Positions 16,947 through 27,024 of a stretch of 53,951 nt of DNA are shown in pieces. A model generated the notes under the pieces. The model searched no databases. It had not been told where the DNA came from and saw only the letters and a list, made by a program, of their open reading frames with translations. Location: contig JACZQZ010000001.1 of assembly GCA_022545455.1 (NCBI GenBank), positions 29,907 through 83,857 on the forward strand, in the 5' to 3' direction. Source of the DNA: Pseudomonadota bacterium. Its GTDB lineage: Bacteria; Pseudomonadota; Alphaproteobacteria; Rhodospirillales; 2-02-FULL-58-16. A program made the translations under genes and the position numbers. The number at the start of each line of letters is the position of its first letter. Position 1 is the stretch's first letter.

Positions 16947-17684
16947 ATGCAGGTCCAGTTCCTCGGCTCGGGCGATGCGTTCGGCAGCGGCGGGCGTTTC
17001 AATTCGTGTTTCCTGGTCACCGGCAACGAAAGCCGGTTCCTGATCGAGTGCGGCGCCACGTCCCTGGTCGCCATGCGCCGCTTCGGCGTCGATCCCAATA
17101 CGCTGCAAACCATCCTCATCAGCCACCTGCACGGGGACCATTTCGGTGGCCTCCCGGTTTTTCTGCTCGATGCGCAGTTCGTCAGCCGCCGCGAAACCCC
17201 GCTCGTCATCGCCGGGCCGCCGGGCCTGGGCCGGCGCCTGGGCGAGGCCCAGGAGTGCCTGTTCCCGGGCTCGTCCAAGAACTCCTGGCGTTTCGACTGG
17301 CGCGTCGAGGAGCTGGAGCCCGGCCGGCGGTGGACCCACGGGGACATCGCCGTCACCCCGTATGAAGTGGTGCATGCCTGCGGCGCGACGCCGTTCGCGC
17401 TGCGCGTCGAGGTGGACGGCAAGGTGGTGACGTACTCCGGCGATACCGAGTGGACCGATGCCCTGATCACCGCGGCCCGGGGGGCCGACCTGTTCATCGC
17501 CGAGGCCTATTTCTTCGAGAAAAAGGTGCCGTTTCACCTGGACTACGCCACGCTTCTCAGCCATGTGGACGAAATCCGCCCCAAACGCCTGATCCTCACC
17601 CACATGAGCCGGGACATGCTGGACCGGGTGGACGGCGTGGCGTGCGAGTGCGCCGACGACGGCATGGTCATCACCCTGGACTGA
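16947..17684 (+). CDS. MBL-fold metallo-hydrolase (RNase Z/ PhnP-like)
   Basis: ATG is preceded by AAGGAGGA. Motifs: QFLGSGDAFGSGGR and HLHGDHFGG, with a later D/H metal ligand (YSGDTEW). Confidence 0.85.
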   Translation: MQVQFLGSGDAFGSGGRFNSCFLVTGNESRFLIECGATSLVAMRRFGVDPNTLQTILISHLHGDHFGGLPVFLLDAQFVSRRETPLVIAGPPGLGRRLGEAQECLFPGSSKNSWRFDWRVEELEPGRRWTHGDIAVTPYEVVHACGATPFALRVEVDGKVVTYSGDTEWTDALITAARGADLFIAEAYFFEKKVPFHLDYATLLSHVDEIRPKRLILTHMSRDMLDRVDGVACECADDGMVITLD

Positions 17685-17837
17685 AAAGGGGACCTCCGGC
17701 GTCCCTCCTTGTCTGTGCGGTGGCGGCGGCGACTCCGGGCGGGCGCCCCGGCCGACCGCACGGGGAAGACATCGACACCGGATAGACGCCGGGGAACGGT
17801 GGAGCGGCCGCGGACGAAAGGCCGATCGGGCCGCCGC

Positions 17838-18131
17838 TCACGGCAGGGATGCGACGATGTCCCGGTACTCGGCTTCGGTGAAGGCCTTGACGGTGGTCGT
17901 CCGCACGTTGCCGCGCGCGCACAGCGAAAGCGCGAACTTGGCCGCCGCGTCGTCGCCGGGCAGGTCGAGAACGATGACGATGTCGTAGGCGCCCATGGTC
18001 AGGTAGAACTGCTTGAGCTCCCCGCCCAGGTCCTTGGCCAGGTCTTTCGCCGCGTCCAGGCGCTTGGGCGAATCCTTGACGTTGCGTATCCCCTGGTCGG
18101 TGTAGCTGGCGAAGCCGATGTATGTGGGCAT
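17838..18131 (-). CDS. GYD domain-containing protein
   Basis: 97 aa from the internal Met. MPTYIGFASYTDQG...LTMGAYDIVIVLDLPDD... is the GYD family signature. The longer ORF to 18194 is probably an over-extension. Confidence 0.8.
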   Translation of the reverse strand: MPTYIGFASYTDQGIRNVKDSPKRLDAAKDLAKDLGGELKQFYLTMGAYDIVIVLDLPGDDAAAKFALSLCARGNVRTTTVKAFTEAEYRDIVASLP

Positions 18132-18310
18132 GGGTTCCCTCCCTTTGCGGTCCGTGGATGGAGGCGGGCGCGAGAGGATTTCGCGTCCGCGCACCCGGGT
18201 CTTGGCAGAAAGTTTTCCGGAAGTAGCCTAATCCCGCCCCCGGGCCGGTACCAGCGCCAAGACCTGGGGTGCGCTGGGCGGCCGGCGATGGGGAAGAGCT
18301 CCGCCGCCCC

Positions 18311-19231
18311 TCACCCGGCAAGCGGAACCGGCTTGAAGGGGCTCCGGCACGGATGCGGCGCGCCGGTCATCCAGTGGGCGTCCCCGCCCCCGCCCGCGAG
18401 CCGCGACACCATGGAGGCGGTCGTCTGCACCTCTCCGTGCATGCAGATGCCGCTCTCGTGGTGGCGCAGGATGTCCATCATGGTCTCGGGCGTGAAGCGG
18501 CCGGGAGGGTTCTTCAGCAGCCGGCGTCCCCACGCCTCCCGCGAGCCGGGCGCCGGTTCCCCCTCGGCGCCGCCGAACGCGGCGGCGAAATCGAACGCGC
18601 CGGTCCCCCCATACAGCCCCTTTTCCGCCGCCCGTTGGGCCAGGTTTTCCGAGGCCAGATCGAAGCGTGCGCGAATGGAAAGCGCGTTGGAGATGTTGCG
18701 CACGCCCGTCGTGATCCGCTCGGCGGCCCAGAACCCGGCGGCCGTCTCCAGGACCCAGGCTTCCCGCCGGTCGGCGATGAGGAAGGAATTGTGATAGGCG
18801 AACCCGGGGTCGTTCTCGGCGCAGGCGCCGCCCTGGCCGTACTCCTCCAAAAGGCCGGTGATGATCTCGAGCGCCCGCAACGCCGAGTCCGCCCGTTCCA
18901 GGCCCAGGCGCACCAGGTCCATGCCCAGCAGCGCCGGCGGCCCCAGGTCCTCCCGCGTCCACACCGCCTCGTTGCCGATGACGACGCCATGCTCGTTGGC
19001 GCCCATCTCGGCCCCCCACATCCAGTCGGGCCGGGACAGCAGGACGGCGAAGGTGACCGGGGCCTCGGCGATCTCGATGTAGGTGCAGCGCACCCTCGCG
19101 CCCGCATCGTGCCGGCGTCCCGGATAGCGGACGACGGTCTGCGCCTCGCCCCGGGGCCGGTCGCTGTTCTTGCCGAAAATGACGCACCCGTCGGCGGTCA
19201 CCGGCGGCAGCGCGACGAAGGTGTCACACAT
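18311..19231 (-). CDS. Peptidase C69 / secernin-like Ntn hydrolase
   Basis: N-terminal MCDTF (Cys nucleophile directly after Met), then GKNSDR, GANEHGVVIGNEAV and HNSFLIADRREAWVLETAG. Confidence 0.8.
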   Translation of the reverse strand: MCDTFVALPPVTADGCVIFGKNSDRPRGEAQTVVRYPGRRHDAGARVRCTYIEIAEAPVTFAVLLSRPDWMWGAEMGANEHGVVIGNEAVWTREDLGPPALLGMDLVRLGLERADSALRALEIITGLLEEYGQGGACAENDPGFAYHNSFLIADRREAWVLETAAGFWAAERITTGVRNISNALSIRARFDLASENLAQRAAEKGLYGGTGAFDFAAAFGGAEGEPAPGSREAWGRRLLKNPPGRFTPETMMDILRHHESGICMHGEVQTTASMVSRLAGGGGDAHWMTGAPHPCRSPFKPVPLAG

Positions 19232-19252
19232 TTCCCTTGCCGTATCTCCGCC

Positions 19253-19723
19253 TCAGAACTCCCGGCCGATCCTGGCGTCCACCGAAAGGCGTCCGCCGCC
19301 GCGGATGAAAATGGCGATGCACAGGCAGGCCCACATCAGCGGATACTCGTAGCCGCCCTTGTTCCAGAAGAACCCGTTGACCAGGTGGACCTTGAACACG
19401 GCGACGCACATCAGGACGAACAGCGCCGCCGCCGCCGGCCGGGTCCACAGGCCGATGACCAGAGCCAGGCCGCCGAAGAACTCGGTCACGCCCACCAGGT
19501 AGGCCAGCGGCAAGGCCGGTTCGAGTCCGATCTTGGCGAAGAAGCCGGCGGTGCCGTCGATGTTGCCGCCGAACCACCCGAACAGCTTTCCCGCCCCGTG
19601 GGGCATCGCCCACAGGCCGGTGACGACACGGATAAAGGGGTACGCCAGCCCGGAAAGGCCGTCGTACAGACCCGCCATGGCGGGGACGTAAAGATTGGTC
19701 GATGACGTCCGGTCGTTGCCCAT
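19253..19723 (-). CDS. DoxX family membrane protein
   Basis: Four TM segments. Motifs: HGAGKLFGWFGG and EFFGGLALVIGLWTRPAA. The start is chosen at the internal Met (19723). Confidence 0.8.
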   Translation of the reverse strand: MGNDRTSSTNLYVPAMAGLYDGLSGLAYPFIRVVTGLWAMPHGAGKLFGWFGGNIDGTAGFFAKIGLEPALPLAYLVGVTEFFGGLALVIGLWTRPAAAALFVLMCVAVFKVHLVNGFFWNKGGYEYPLMWACLCIAIFIRGGGRLSVDARIGREF

Positions 19724-19829
19724 GACTGTACCTCCAATGCGAACGCCCTTTTCCTCCGCAATGCCCCACCAGGGCGCCATCCCATGCTGGCAGAAAGGGC
19801 GGACGGATTCCACACCGGCGCACCCCTGA

Positions 19830-21905
19830 TTACCGGCCCTCGCGATACCACGCCGCCATCATGCCGCCGACGACGAGGACGAGGACCAGGAATCCCGGCA
19901 GCAGGGGCACCCCGGTCACGCCGGTGACCACGTACGAGCCGTTGCGGACGAAACCCATCCAGCCGCGGCCCGACGTGGTGCGGCCCGGCCGGGTGCGCCG
20001 GAGGTCGGGGACGCCGTCGGCGATCCAGGCGATGCCGCCGCCGGTCGCCTTGGCCGCGGGGGCCAGGCGTTCCGCCGTCGCCCGCAGGTCCGACAGCTCG
20101 ACGGGGTTGACCGCGCCGGAGGCCACGAGCACCGTATTCGTGCCGTCGTCAAGCCGGTACAGGCCGGTTTCGTCGGTCTCCACCGTGGCCTTGGAGAGCC
20201 CGCCGCCGGCCGCCCGCAATTCCACCGTCCGGGTCGCGCCCGAAGGCGCGCTCACCGTCACCCGCGGACGGCCCAGGCTCAGGCTGCGGCGTTCGATGAC
20301 CAGGCGTCCGTCCCGGATGCGGCCGCGCAGGCCCTCCTCCTCCAGGTCCGGCTCCTTCATCAGCCAGTGGGCGAGCCGGCGCAGAAGCTCGGCCTGGGGG
20401 CCGCCGCCCTCGAAGCCGCGGGCCCACAGCCAGATGTGGTCGCTCATCAACTGGGCGACGCGCCCCTTCCCGACCCGGTCCAGGATCAGCAACGGTCTTT
20501 CGTCCAGGCCCTGCATGAGCACGACCCCGGTGCCCGGACCCGCCTCCACCTGCCGGAACCAGCGGCCCCACCTCGGAGTATCCGCCTTGCCGTTGACCAG
20601 GGCGGCGGTCACCGGATGGCGCCGCCCCACGTCGGTGAGCGCCGGCACGAAGCCCCGCTCCAGCACCCTGCCCGTCGGCTTGGCCGGCATCACCCGGCCC
20701 AGGGGGCTTTGGAACAGGCTGCGCACGCCGGCGAACTCGGGCCCCACGGCGAACAGGATGGCGCCGCCCTCACGCAGGTATTCCGCGATGTTGCGCAAAT
20801 ACGACGGCGGCACCACGTCGCGCAGCACGTAGCGGTCGAACACAATGAGGTCGAATCCCTTGAGCTTGATCTCAAACAGTTCCTGGACCGGGAAGACGAT
20901 CAGGGAGAGCTCGTTCAGCGGCGTGAAGTCGTCCTTCTCCGGCGGGCGCAGGATGGTGAAGTGAACAAGGTCCACCGAGGGGTCCGACTTGAGCAGGTTG
21001 CGCCACGTGCGCTCGCCCGCATGGGGCTGCCCGGAGATCAGCAGAACCCTGAGCCGGTCGCGCACCCCGTTGATGTTGACCACCGCCCGGTTGTTCAGGG
21101 TCGAAAGCTCGTCCGGGACCGGCGACACCTCCAGCTCGAGGACCGTCGGGCCGGCGTGCTCGAGGACGAACGAGAACCGCTCGCTCCTGCCGACGGGGAC
21201 GAGGGCGGACTCCATCTCGACGCCGTCGCGGCGCAGGCTGACCCGCGCCATCTTCCGCCTGACCCCGGTCCCCTGGCGGGCGTCGTGGTCCTCGATGCGG
21301 TAGGCGACGCCGACTTCCTTGCCGACGATGCCGTAACTGGGCGCCTTCTCGATGACCAGGCGGCGGTCCGTCTCGCCGCGGGCCCCGGTCAGCAGCACGT
21401 GCAGCGGCCCGGCCGGCAGCGCCGCCGGATCGGCGGGAACGTCGTGGACCTGCCCGTCGGTGATCAGGATGGCGCCGGCGAAGCGTTGGCGGGGGACCTG
21501 GGCCAGGGTCTGGGCGAGGGCGGCGAACAGGCGGGTGCCGCGCTCGGCGTCGTCGGCGCTGGCGCCGCCCGTGCGGACGATCCTCAGCTCCAGATCGTCG
21601 AAACGCGAAAGCGCCCCGCGCACGGCGTCCAGCGCCGCTTCGCTTTGCGCCCCGCGCTCGCCCACCGCCTGGCTGTCCGATTGGTCGAGCACGACCACGG
21701 CCACGTCCGGCTGGGGCTCGCGGTTCTCGCGCACCGCGCGCGGATTGATCAGAGCCAGCACCAGAACGGCCAGGGCGGCGGCGCGCAGCGCCACGCCCCG
21801 CCCGCCGCGCACGGCGGCGACGGCGAGAAGCACCGCCGCCGGAACCCCGAGCAGGGCGATGGTGGCCCAGGGGAGAAGCGGGGCGAAGCCGAGGCCGTTG
21901 CTCAT
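19830..21905 (-). CDS. Conserved membrane protein, fourth gene of the MoxR/DUF58/BatA operon (GATase1-like central domain)
   Basis: 691 aa with N-terminal TM helices and a C-terminal TM anchor. The start overlaps the upstream stop by 4 nt (ATGA). The central LRVLLISGQPHAGERTWRNLLKSDPSVDLVHFTILRPP block is typical of this family. Confidence 0.75.
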   Translation of the reverse strand: MSNGLGFAPLLPWATIALLGVPAAVLLAVAAVRGGRGVALRAAALAVLVLALINPRAVRENREPQPDVAVVVLDQSDSQAVGERGAQSEAALDAVRGALSRFDDLELRIVRTGGASADDAERGTRLFAALAQTLAQVPRQRFAGAILITDGQVHDVPADPAALPAGPLHVLLTGARGETDRRLVIEKAPSYGIVGKEVGVAYRIEDHDARQGTGVRRKMARVSLRRDGVEMESALVPVGRSERFSFVLEHAGPTVLELEVSPVPDELSTLNNRAVVNINGVRDRLRVLLISGQPHAGERTWRNLLKSDPSVDLVHFTILRPPEKDDFTPLNELSLIVFPVQELFEIKLKGFDLIVFDRYVLRDVVPPSYLRNIAEYLREGGAILFAVGPEFAGVRSLFQSPLGRVMPAKPTGRVLERGFVPALTDVGRRHPVTAALVNGKADTPRWGRWFRQVEAGPGTGVVLMQGLDERPLLILDRVGKGRVAQLMSDHIWLWARGFEGGGPQAELLRRLAHWLMKEPDLEEEGLRGRIRDGRLVIERRSLSLGRPRVTVSAPSGATRTVELRAAGGGLSKATVETDETGLYRLDDGTNTVLVASGAVNPVELSDLRATAERLAPAAKATGGGIAWIADGVPDLRRTRPGRTTSGRGWMGFVRNGSYVVTGVTGVPLLPGFLVLVLVVGGMMAAWYREGR

Positions 21906-24616
21906 TGCGTAAGCCTCTTCAGGATCGCCGGCAGGTGGACCTGGTCGGACTTGTAGTTCCCGGTCAGCGTATACATCACCAGGTTGATGCCGAACCGGTA
22001 GGCCATCTCACGTTGCCGTTCGCCCCCCGGGACGACGGCGAAAAGCGGACGCTGCGCCTCATCCATGGCCCACGCGGCGGCCCAGTCGTGGCCGCCGACG
22101 ATGACCGGAGACACCCCGTCGTTGATGCGCTCGCCGGTGCGTTCGACCCACACCGTGCCGCCGGCCCAGCGCCCCGGAAATGCCCGCATCAGGTAAAAGG
22201 ACCGGGTCAGCACGTGGTCCGGCGCCACCGGCACCAGTGGCGGGATGTCGAGCTGCCGGACCAGCCTGTTCAAGACATCGGACCGCCGCGAGACATCCAC
22301 CTGCGCCCCGCCGGCCCTCTCGTGGGTGTCGAACAGGATGGTGCCGCCATTGCGCAAATACGCGTTCACCTTGGCCGCGGCCTGGGCCGAAAGCGGCGGC
22401 TGGCCGGGCGTTATCGGCCAGTAGAGCAGCGGGAAGAAGACCAGTTCGTCGGTTTCCGGATCGACGCCGACCGGTTCACCGAGTTCGGCCGCCGTGCGCC
22501 GTCTGACGATGACGCTGAGGCCCCTCAACCCGGCGCCGGCGGTCTCGTCCACCTGTGCATCGCCGGTGAGCACGTAGCCCAGGCGCGTCGTCAGGCTGGC
22601 GGGGGGCGCGAAATCGTCCGCCGCCTGCGCCCTGGCCGTGCCGGGGGCCGCCAGCACCGCCACGACCATGCCCGCGGCGGCGCCCAGGCGCAGCAATCCG
22701 CGCAGGACAAGGCTGACCGCCAGGTCGACGACCGCCAGCAGCAGGGCGGCGCCCAACGACCACGCCCTCAGGTCCACCTCGGAGGCCCGTCCGTAAGCGG
22801 CGCGGGAAACGCCGGAGAGGGCGGAGAGGGCGGGCGCCAGGGAACGCACATCGGAGAGATTGGCGGTCAGGTTCAGCGCCCGCCGCGCCGTCTTGTCCCC
22901 GTAGTACCCTGGCGGATGTTCCGGCGCCGCGGCCGTGCTCTCGAAAGCGCTCCCGGCAATGGCCAGGGCGCTCGCCGGCGCCGGTCTGAGCCGCCCGAAG
23001 CCGTCCAGCACGTCCAATGGCGGCAGGGGCGCCGCGCCCTCGGTCGCCACCACGCCCTGGCTCAGCCCCACGAGGCGCCGCAACATCTCCACGAACAACC
23101 CGGACAGGGGGAGGTTTGACCAGGACGTGTTGCCGGTGGTGTGCACCAGGACCAGCCAGCCCTTTCCCCGCTTCTCGGCGGTCACCAGGGGTGTCCCGTC
23201 GCTGAGGCGCGCCCAGGTCCTGTCGCCCAGGTCGAGAGCGGGCCGTGCCAGGACCTGGCGCTGGATGGTGACGTCGGCGGGTATGGCCAGGCCGTAAAAC
23301 GGGCTGCCCTCGTGGAACGCCGCCAATGTGGCCGGCTTGTCCCAGGACATGGTGCCCCCCATCACCCGGTCACCGGCGCGCAGGCGCACCGGCAGCAGGG
23401 CCTGGGAGTCCTGGGCCAGGCGTGGTCCGGCGAAGCGCACGGCCACGCCGCCCACCTCGATCCACCGTTCCAGCGTCCGCCGGGACACGTTGTCCAGCCG
23501 GCCGGGATCGACGAGCACGAGGACCGCCAGTTCCCGGCGCAGGAGCTCCGCGACGGTGCCGCGGCGCACCTCGGTAAAGGGCTCGAGGGCCCTGTCCAGG
23601 TAGTACAGGTCGCTCAAAAGGGGCTGATCGGCGATGGTCCCTTCGCCCGTGACCAAACCCACCGGGCGGCGGCGCCACCGCTCGTCCATCAGCACGACGG
23701 CCCCGGCCGTGTTTTCGTTTTCGATCTCCAGGCGGGCGAGACGGTTCCTCAGTTCCGTGGGCAGGGTGAGGGACGTCTCCGCCTGGCGTTCGCCGTCGGC
23801 GAAGTGCAGGGTCTCGCGTGCGAGCAGCCGGCCGTCCTCGCCCAGCGCCCGCACCCATCGCTGGGTCGCGCCGCCCGCCGCCGCCCTGACGGCGCTGATG
23901 TTCAAGGCATCCCCCTCGGCGATGGGCGGGCGCAGCGCCGTGGCCAGCCGTTCGGGCGGATCGGCGACCACCGTGACCGTGCCCAGACGCCTCAGCGCCG
24001 CCACGAACGCCGCCGTGTCCCCGTCCTCCAGCCCGTCGCTCAACCACATCACCGGCCCGGGCTGGGAAATGGCGAGGCCGCTCAGGCGTTCCTGCGCCGC
24101 CGCGCGGTCGGTGGGCCACGGTTTGGGCTGCAAGGCCTCGATGACCGTCCGCGCCTCGCCGGCGCCAAGCATCCGGGCGTGCGGACTGAAAGCGCTTGTC
24201 TCGGCGGGCGCCGTGGTGACGATGATCACGGCGCGTTCGTCGCGCTCGGCGCGGTCGATGAGGCCGGACAGCATCTCGCGGCGTCCCGTCCAGTCGCGGG
24301 CCGCGGCCCAGCCGTCGTCGATAACGAGGACCAAAGGCCCGTCGCCGCGCAAGCTCGCGGTGGCGTTGAGCAGCGGATGGGCGGCCCCGAGGATGACCGC
24401 GATGACCAGCGCCATGCGCAGGATCAACAGCCACGGGGGCGACTTGGCCGGGGTTTCCTCCCGCGATGTCAGGCCGAACAGCAGGCGCACCGGTGGGAAC
24501 GCGATGCGAACCGGCTGCGGCGGCGTGACCCTGAGCAGCCACCAAAGCACCGGCAGCACAAGGAACGCGGCCAGGGCCCACGGCGCGGCAAAGGAAATGG
24601 GGCCGAGCGTCAGCAC
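21902..24616 (-). CDS. BatA-N (double-TM aerotolerance N-terminal) + DUF4159 domain membrane protein
   Basis: GTG start at 24616, 5 nt after the DUF58 stop. N-terminus LTLGPISFAAPWALAAFLVLPVLWWLLRVTPP. C-terminus ...GGHDWAAAWA...NLVMYTLTGNYKSDQVH (DUF4159). Confidence 0.8.
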   Translation of the reverse strand: MLTLGPISFAAPWALAAFLVLPVLWWLLRVTPPQPVRIAFPPVRLLFGLTSREETPAKSPPWLLILRMALVIAVILGAAHPLLNATASLRGDGPLVLVIDDGWAAARDWTGRREMLSGLIDRAERDERAVIIVTTAPAETSAFSPHARMLGAGEARTVIEALQPKPWPTDRAAAQERLSGLAISQPGPVMWLSDGLEDGDTAAFVAALRRLGTVTVVADPPERLATALRPPIAEGDALNISAVRAAAGGATQRWVRALGEDGRLLARETLHFADGERQAETSLTLPTELRNRLARLEIENENTAGAVVLMDERWRRRPVGLVTGEGTIADQPLLSDLYYLDRALEPFTEVRRGTVAELLRRELAVLVLVDPGRLDNVSRRTLERWIEVGGVAVRFAGPRLAQDSQALLPVRLRAGDRVMGGTMSWDKPATLAAFHEGSPFYGLAIPADVTIQRQVLARPALDLGDRTWARLSDGTPLVTAEKRGKGWLVLVHTTGNTSWSNLPLSGLFVEMLRRLVGLSQGVVATEGAAPLPPLDVLDGFGRLRPAPASALAIAGSAFESTAAAPEHPPGYYGDKTARRALNLTANLSDVRSLAPALSALSGVSRAAYGRASEVDLRAWSLGAALLLAVVDLAVSLVLRGLLRLGAAAGMVVAVLAAPGTARAQAADDFAPPASLTTRLGYVLTGDAQVDETAGAGLRGLSVIVRRRTAAELGEPVGVDPETDELVFFPLLYWPITPGQPPLSAQAAAKVNAYLRNGGTILFDTHERAGGAQVDVSRRSDVLNRLVRQLDIPPLVPVAPDHVLTRSFYLMRAFPGRWAGGTVWVERTGERINDGVSPVIVGGHDWAAAWAMDEAQRPLFAVVPGGERQREMAYRFGINLVMYTLTGNYKSDQVHLPAILKRLTQ

Positions 24617-24620
24617 TCTT

Positions 24621-25568
24621 CTATTCCTTTGCCGTCTGGGACAACACCAGGAACAGGGCAAGCAATGCCGTCGCCGGCGGCCGGTCCGTGTGGTGGGCGG
24701 CGAAGGTCCACCCCGCCGAGCGCGCCAGGGCCTTCAGCCCCCGGCGGTGGTTTGTCATGTTGGCGTGGTAGTACTTGCGCATCGCCTCCACCTTGCCGAC
24801 CAGGACGTCGCCCTCGTTCTCAAGCCCCTCGAAGCGGACCCGGCCCGAGAACGGAAGCGCCTCCTCCGCCGGGTCGAGTATCTGTACCATGTGGCCGCGC
24901 ACGCCGCGGCTGGCAAAGGCGCCGACGTTCGACTTGACGTCTTCCAACGGGGACAGGAAATCGCCGATCACGACCAGGCGGGCGTACCGGGGCAGAATCT
25001 CGAAGGCGGGTAAATTCTGTTCATGGGCCGTATCGTGCCGGATCAAGGCGGCCAGGGATCCCGCTCCCTCGTCCACGATGGCCGCGAGCGGGCCCACCTC
25101 TTCCTGGAGCACGGCCGCGAGGCGGTTCAGCGCCGCCCGGCCCGCCGCCGGCGCCCTGCCGGTGCCGAGCAGGGCCACGTGTTCTCCGCCGCGCACCAGG
25201 AGGGACGCCAGGGCGAGCAGCAGAAGGTCGGCCCGCTCGGCCTTGGTCGGCAACGCGTCCGTGGAGCGGTAGTGCATGGACGGCGACGCGTCCCGCCACA
25301 GCCACACGCTTTGCGCCGCCTCCCACTCGGTTTCGCGGACGTAAACGGGCTGGGACTTGGCCGACTGGCGCCAGTCGATGAGCTGGGTGGAATCCCCGGG
25401 CTGGTATCGGCGGAACTGCCAGAACGTCTCGCCCTGACCGACCCGGCGGCGGCCGTGGACGCCCTGGGATACCGTGCTCGCCACCCGCTCTGCGGCAACC
25501 AGAAGGGGCGGCAGTCCGGCCGCCAAATCTTCTGCCTTGCGGTGAATATCGGGCCGCGGCGGCGCCAT
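24621..25568 (-). CDS. DUF58 domain-containing protein (vWA-like)
   Basis: 315 aa. HGRRRVGQGETFWQFRRYQPGDSTQLIDWRQSAK is the DUF58 signature. It lies 15 nt downstream of moxR. Confidence 0.85.
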   Translation of the reverse strand: MAPPRPDIHRKAEDLAAGLPPLLVAAERVASTVSQGVHGRRRVGQGETFWQFRRYQPGDSTQLIDWRQSAKSQPVYVRETEWEAAQSVWLWRDASPSMHYRSTDALPTKAERADLLLLALASLLVRGGEHVALLGTGRAPAAGRAALNRLAAVLQEEVGPLAAIVDEGAGSLAALIRHDTAHEQNLPAFEILPRYARLVVIGDFLSPLEDVKSNVGAFASRGVRGHMVQILDPAEEALPFSGRVRFEGLENEGDVLVGKVEAMRKYYHANMTNHRRGLKALARSAGWTFAAHHTDRPPATALLALFLVLSQTAKE

Positions 25569-25583
25569 GGTATCGGCGCCTTC

Positions 25584-26606
25584 TCAGGCGATGCCCTCGC
25601 ACAGCCGGTCGATGACCTGACCAATCTGGACGCCCTCGGCCTGGGCGGCGAAGGTGAGGGCCATGCGGTGGCGCAGGATGGGATGGGCGAGGGCGAGGAC
25701 GTCGTCGATGGACGGCGCCAGGCGCCCCTCGATCACGGCGCGGGCGCGCACCGCCAGCATGAGCGCCTGGCTGGCCCGCGGCCCCGGCCCCCAGAAGACG
25801 TGATTCCGCACCTCGGGCAGGGGACTGGATTGCGGCCGCCCGGCGCGCACCAGCGCTAAGATGGCCTCGGCCACGCTCTCGCCCACGGGCACATGACGGA
25901 GCAACCGCTGTGCCTGGATAAGCTCCTCGGCATCCATCACCTGTTCGGGCTGTTGCTCGGTGGCGCCGGTGGTGGCCACCACGATCTGCCGTTCGGCGTC
26001 CAGGTCCGGGTGCCCGATGTCCACCTGCATGAAGAAACGGTCGAGCTGGGCCTCGGGCAGCGGGTACGTGCCCTCCAGCTCCAGGGGATTCTGGGTCGCC
26101 AGCACGTGGAACGGCGTCGGCAGCGCGTGATACTGGCCGGCCATGGAGATACGGTGTTCCTGCATGGCCTGCAACAGGGCCGACTGGGTGCGCGGGCTGG
26201 CCCGGTTGATCTCGTCGGCGAGCAGCAGCTGGCAGAACACCGGCCCCTTGATGAAGCGGAAAGACCGCCTCCCGGTCTCCGATTCCTCCAGCACCTCGGA
26301 GCCCAGGATGTCGGCGGGCATGAGGTCCGGGGTGAACTGCACCCGCCTGGCGACGAGGCCGAAGACCTCGCCCAGGGTTTCGACCAGGAGCGTCTTGCCC
26401 AAACCGGGCACCCCGATGAGCAGAAGGTGACCGCCCGCCAGCAGGGTAATCAGGGTCTCTTCGATGACCTGGGCCTGCCCGAAGATCACCCGGCCGATAC
26501 CGTCGCGGGCGGCCGCGATCTGCCGCCCCAGGTCTTCGATGGCGTCGACGAGTTGCGTGGAGCTGTCTAAATTCGCATTATCTTTGGCCGTGGCTTTCAC
26601 GTGCAC
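25584..26606 (-). CDS. MoxR family AAA+ ATPase
   Basis: 340 aa. Walker A GVPGLGKT, Walker B LLADEINRASPRTQSALLQAMQE, then ATQNPLELEGTYPLPEAQLDRF. GTG start. Confidence 0.9.
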   Translation of the reverse strand: MHVKATAKDNANLDSSTQLVDAIEDLGRQIAAARDGIGRVIFGQAQVIEETLITLLAGGHLLLIGVPGLGKTLLVETLGEVFGLVARRVQFTPDLMPADILGSEVLEESETGRRSFRFIKGPVFCQLLLADEINRASPRTQSALLQAMQEHRISMAGQYHALPTPFHVLATQNPLELEGTYPLPEAQLDRFFMQVDIGHPDLDAERQIVVATTGATEQQPEQVMDAEELIQAQRLLRHVPVGESVAEAILALVRAGRPQSSPLPEVRNHVFWGPGPRASQALMLAVRARAVIEGRLAPSIDDVLALAHPILRHRMALTFAAQAEGVQIGQVIDRLCEGIA

Positions 26607-26689
26607 GTCTCCGCGCTCTGTTGCCTGTTATCATGCATGATTAAGAACACACACGATACCCGTGTTTTCCGGTTCCCCGTCGGTGTGGA

Positions 26690-27020
26690 CGGCAGGACGC
26701 CGGCGCCGCCCACGGCGTCCCGCGGCCCGGCGGCCCGCGGCGATTCTCCCATACCCATCGACGGGAAAGGAGTTTGGTATTACCACGCATCATCCATTGG
26801 CCGCAAAGGGCTCGTCCGCCTGTTCGCCCCGCCGCCGACCCGGGACGAAACCGGCGGGCCGTCCCCCGACGCGACCGTGGGCGAGCGCAGGGAAGCGCCG
26901 ACCGGGCGCCCCGTTTGTTATGGTAGAGGGTACTAGACGTGGAGGGGTCAGTTGGTCACGATACCGTGTTCGGTATGCGGAGCGGCCGGGTGTTTTTCGC
27001 CAACGGCAAGCCGGACGGAA
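26690..27020 (+). pseudogene. Decayed DUF1285 gene remnant
   Basis: One frame reads GDSPIPIDGKGVWYYHASSIGRKGLVRLFA..RDETGG. This matches the DUF1285 core CGDIDMRIxxDGxWxYxGSPIGRxxLVxLFxxxLxRDExG. A second frame ~26900 reads GAPFVMVEG, matching DAPFvAVE. The space is too short for the full ~190 aa. Confidence 0.45.
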
Positions 27021-27024
27021 ATCC

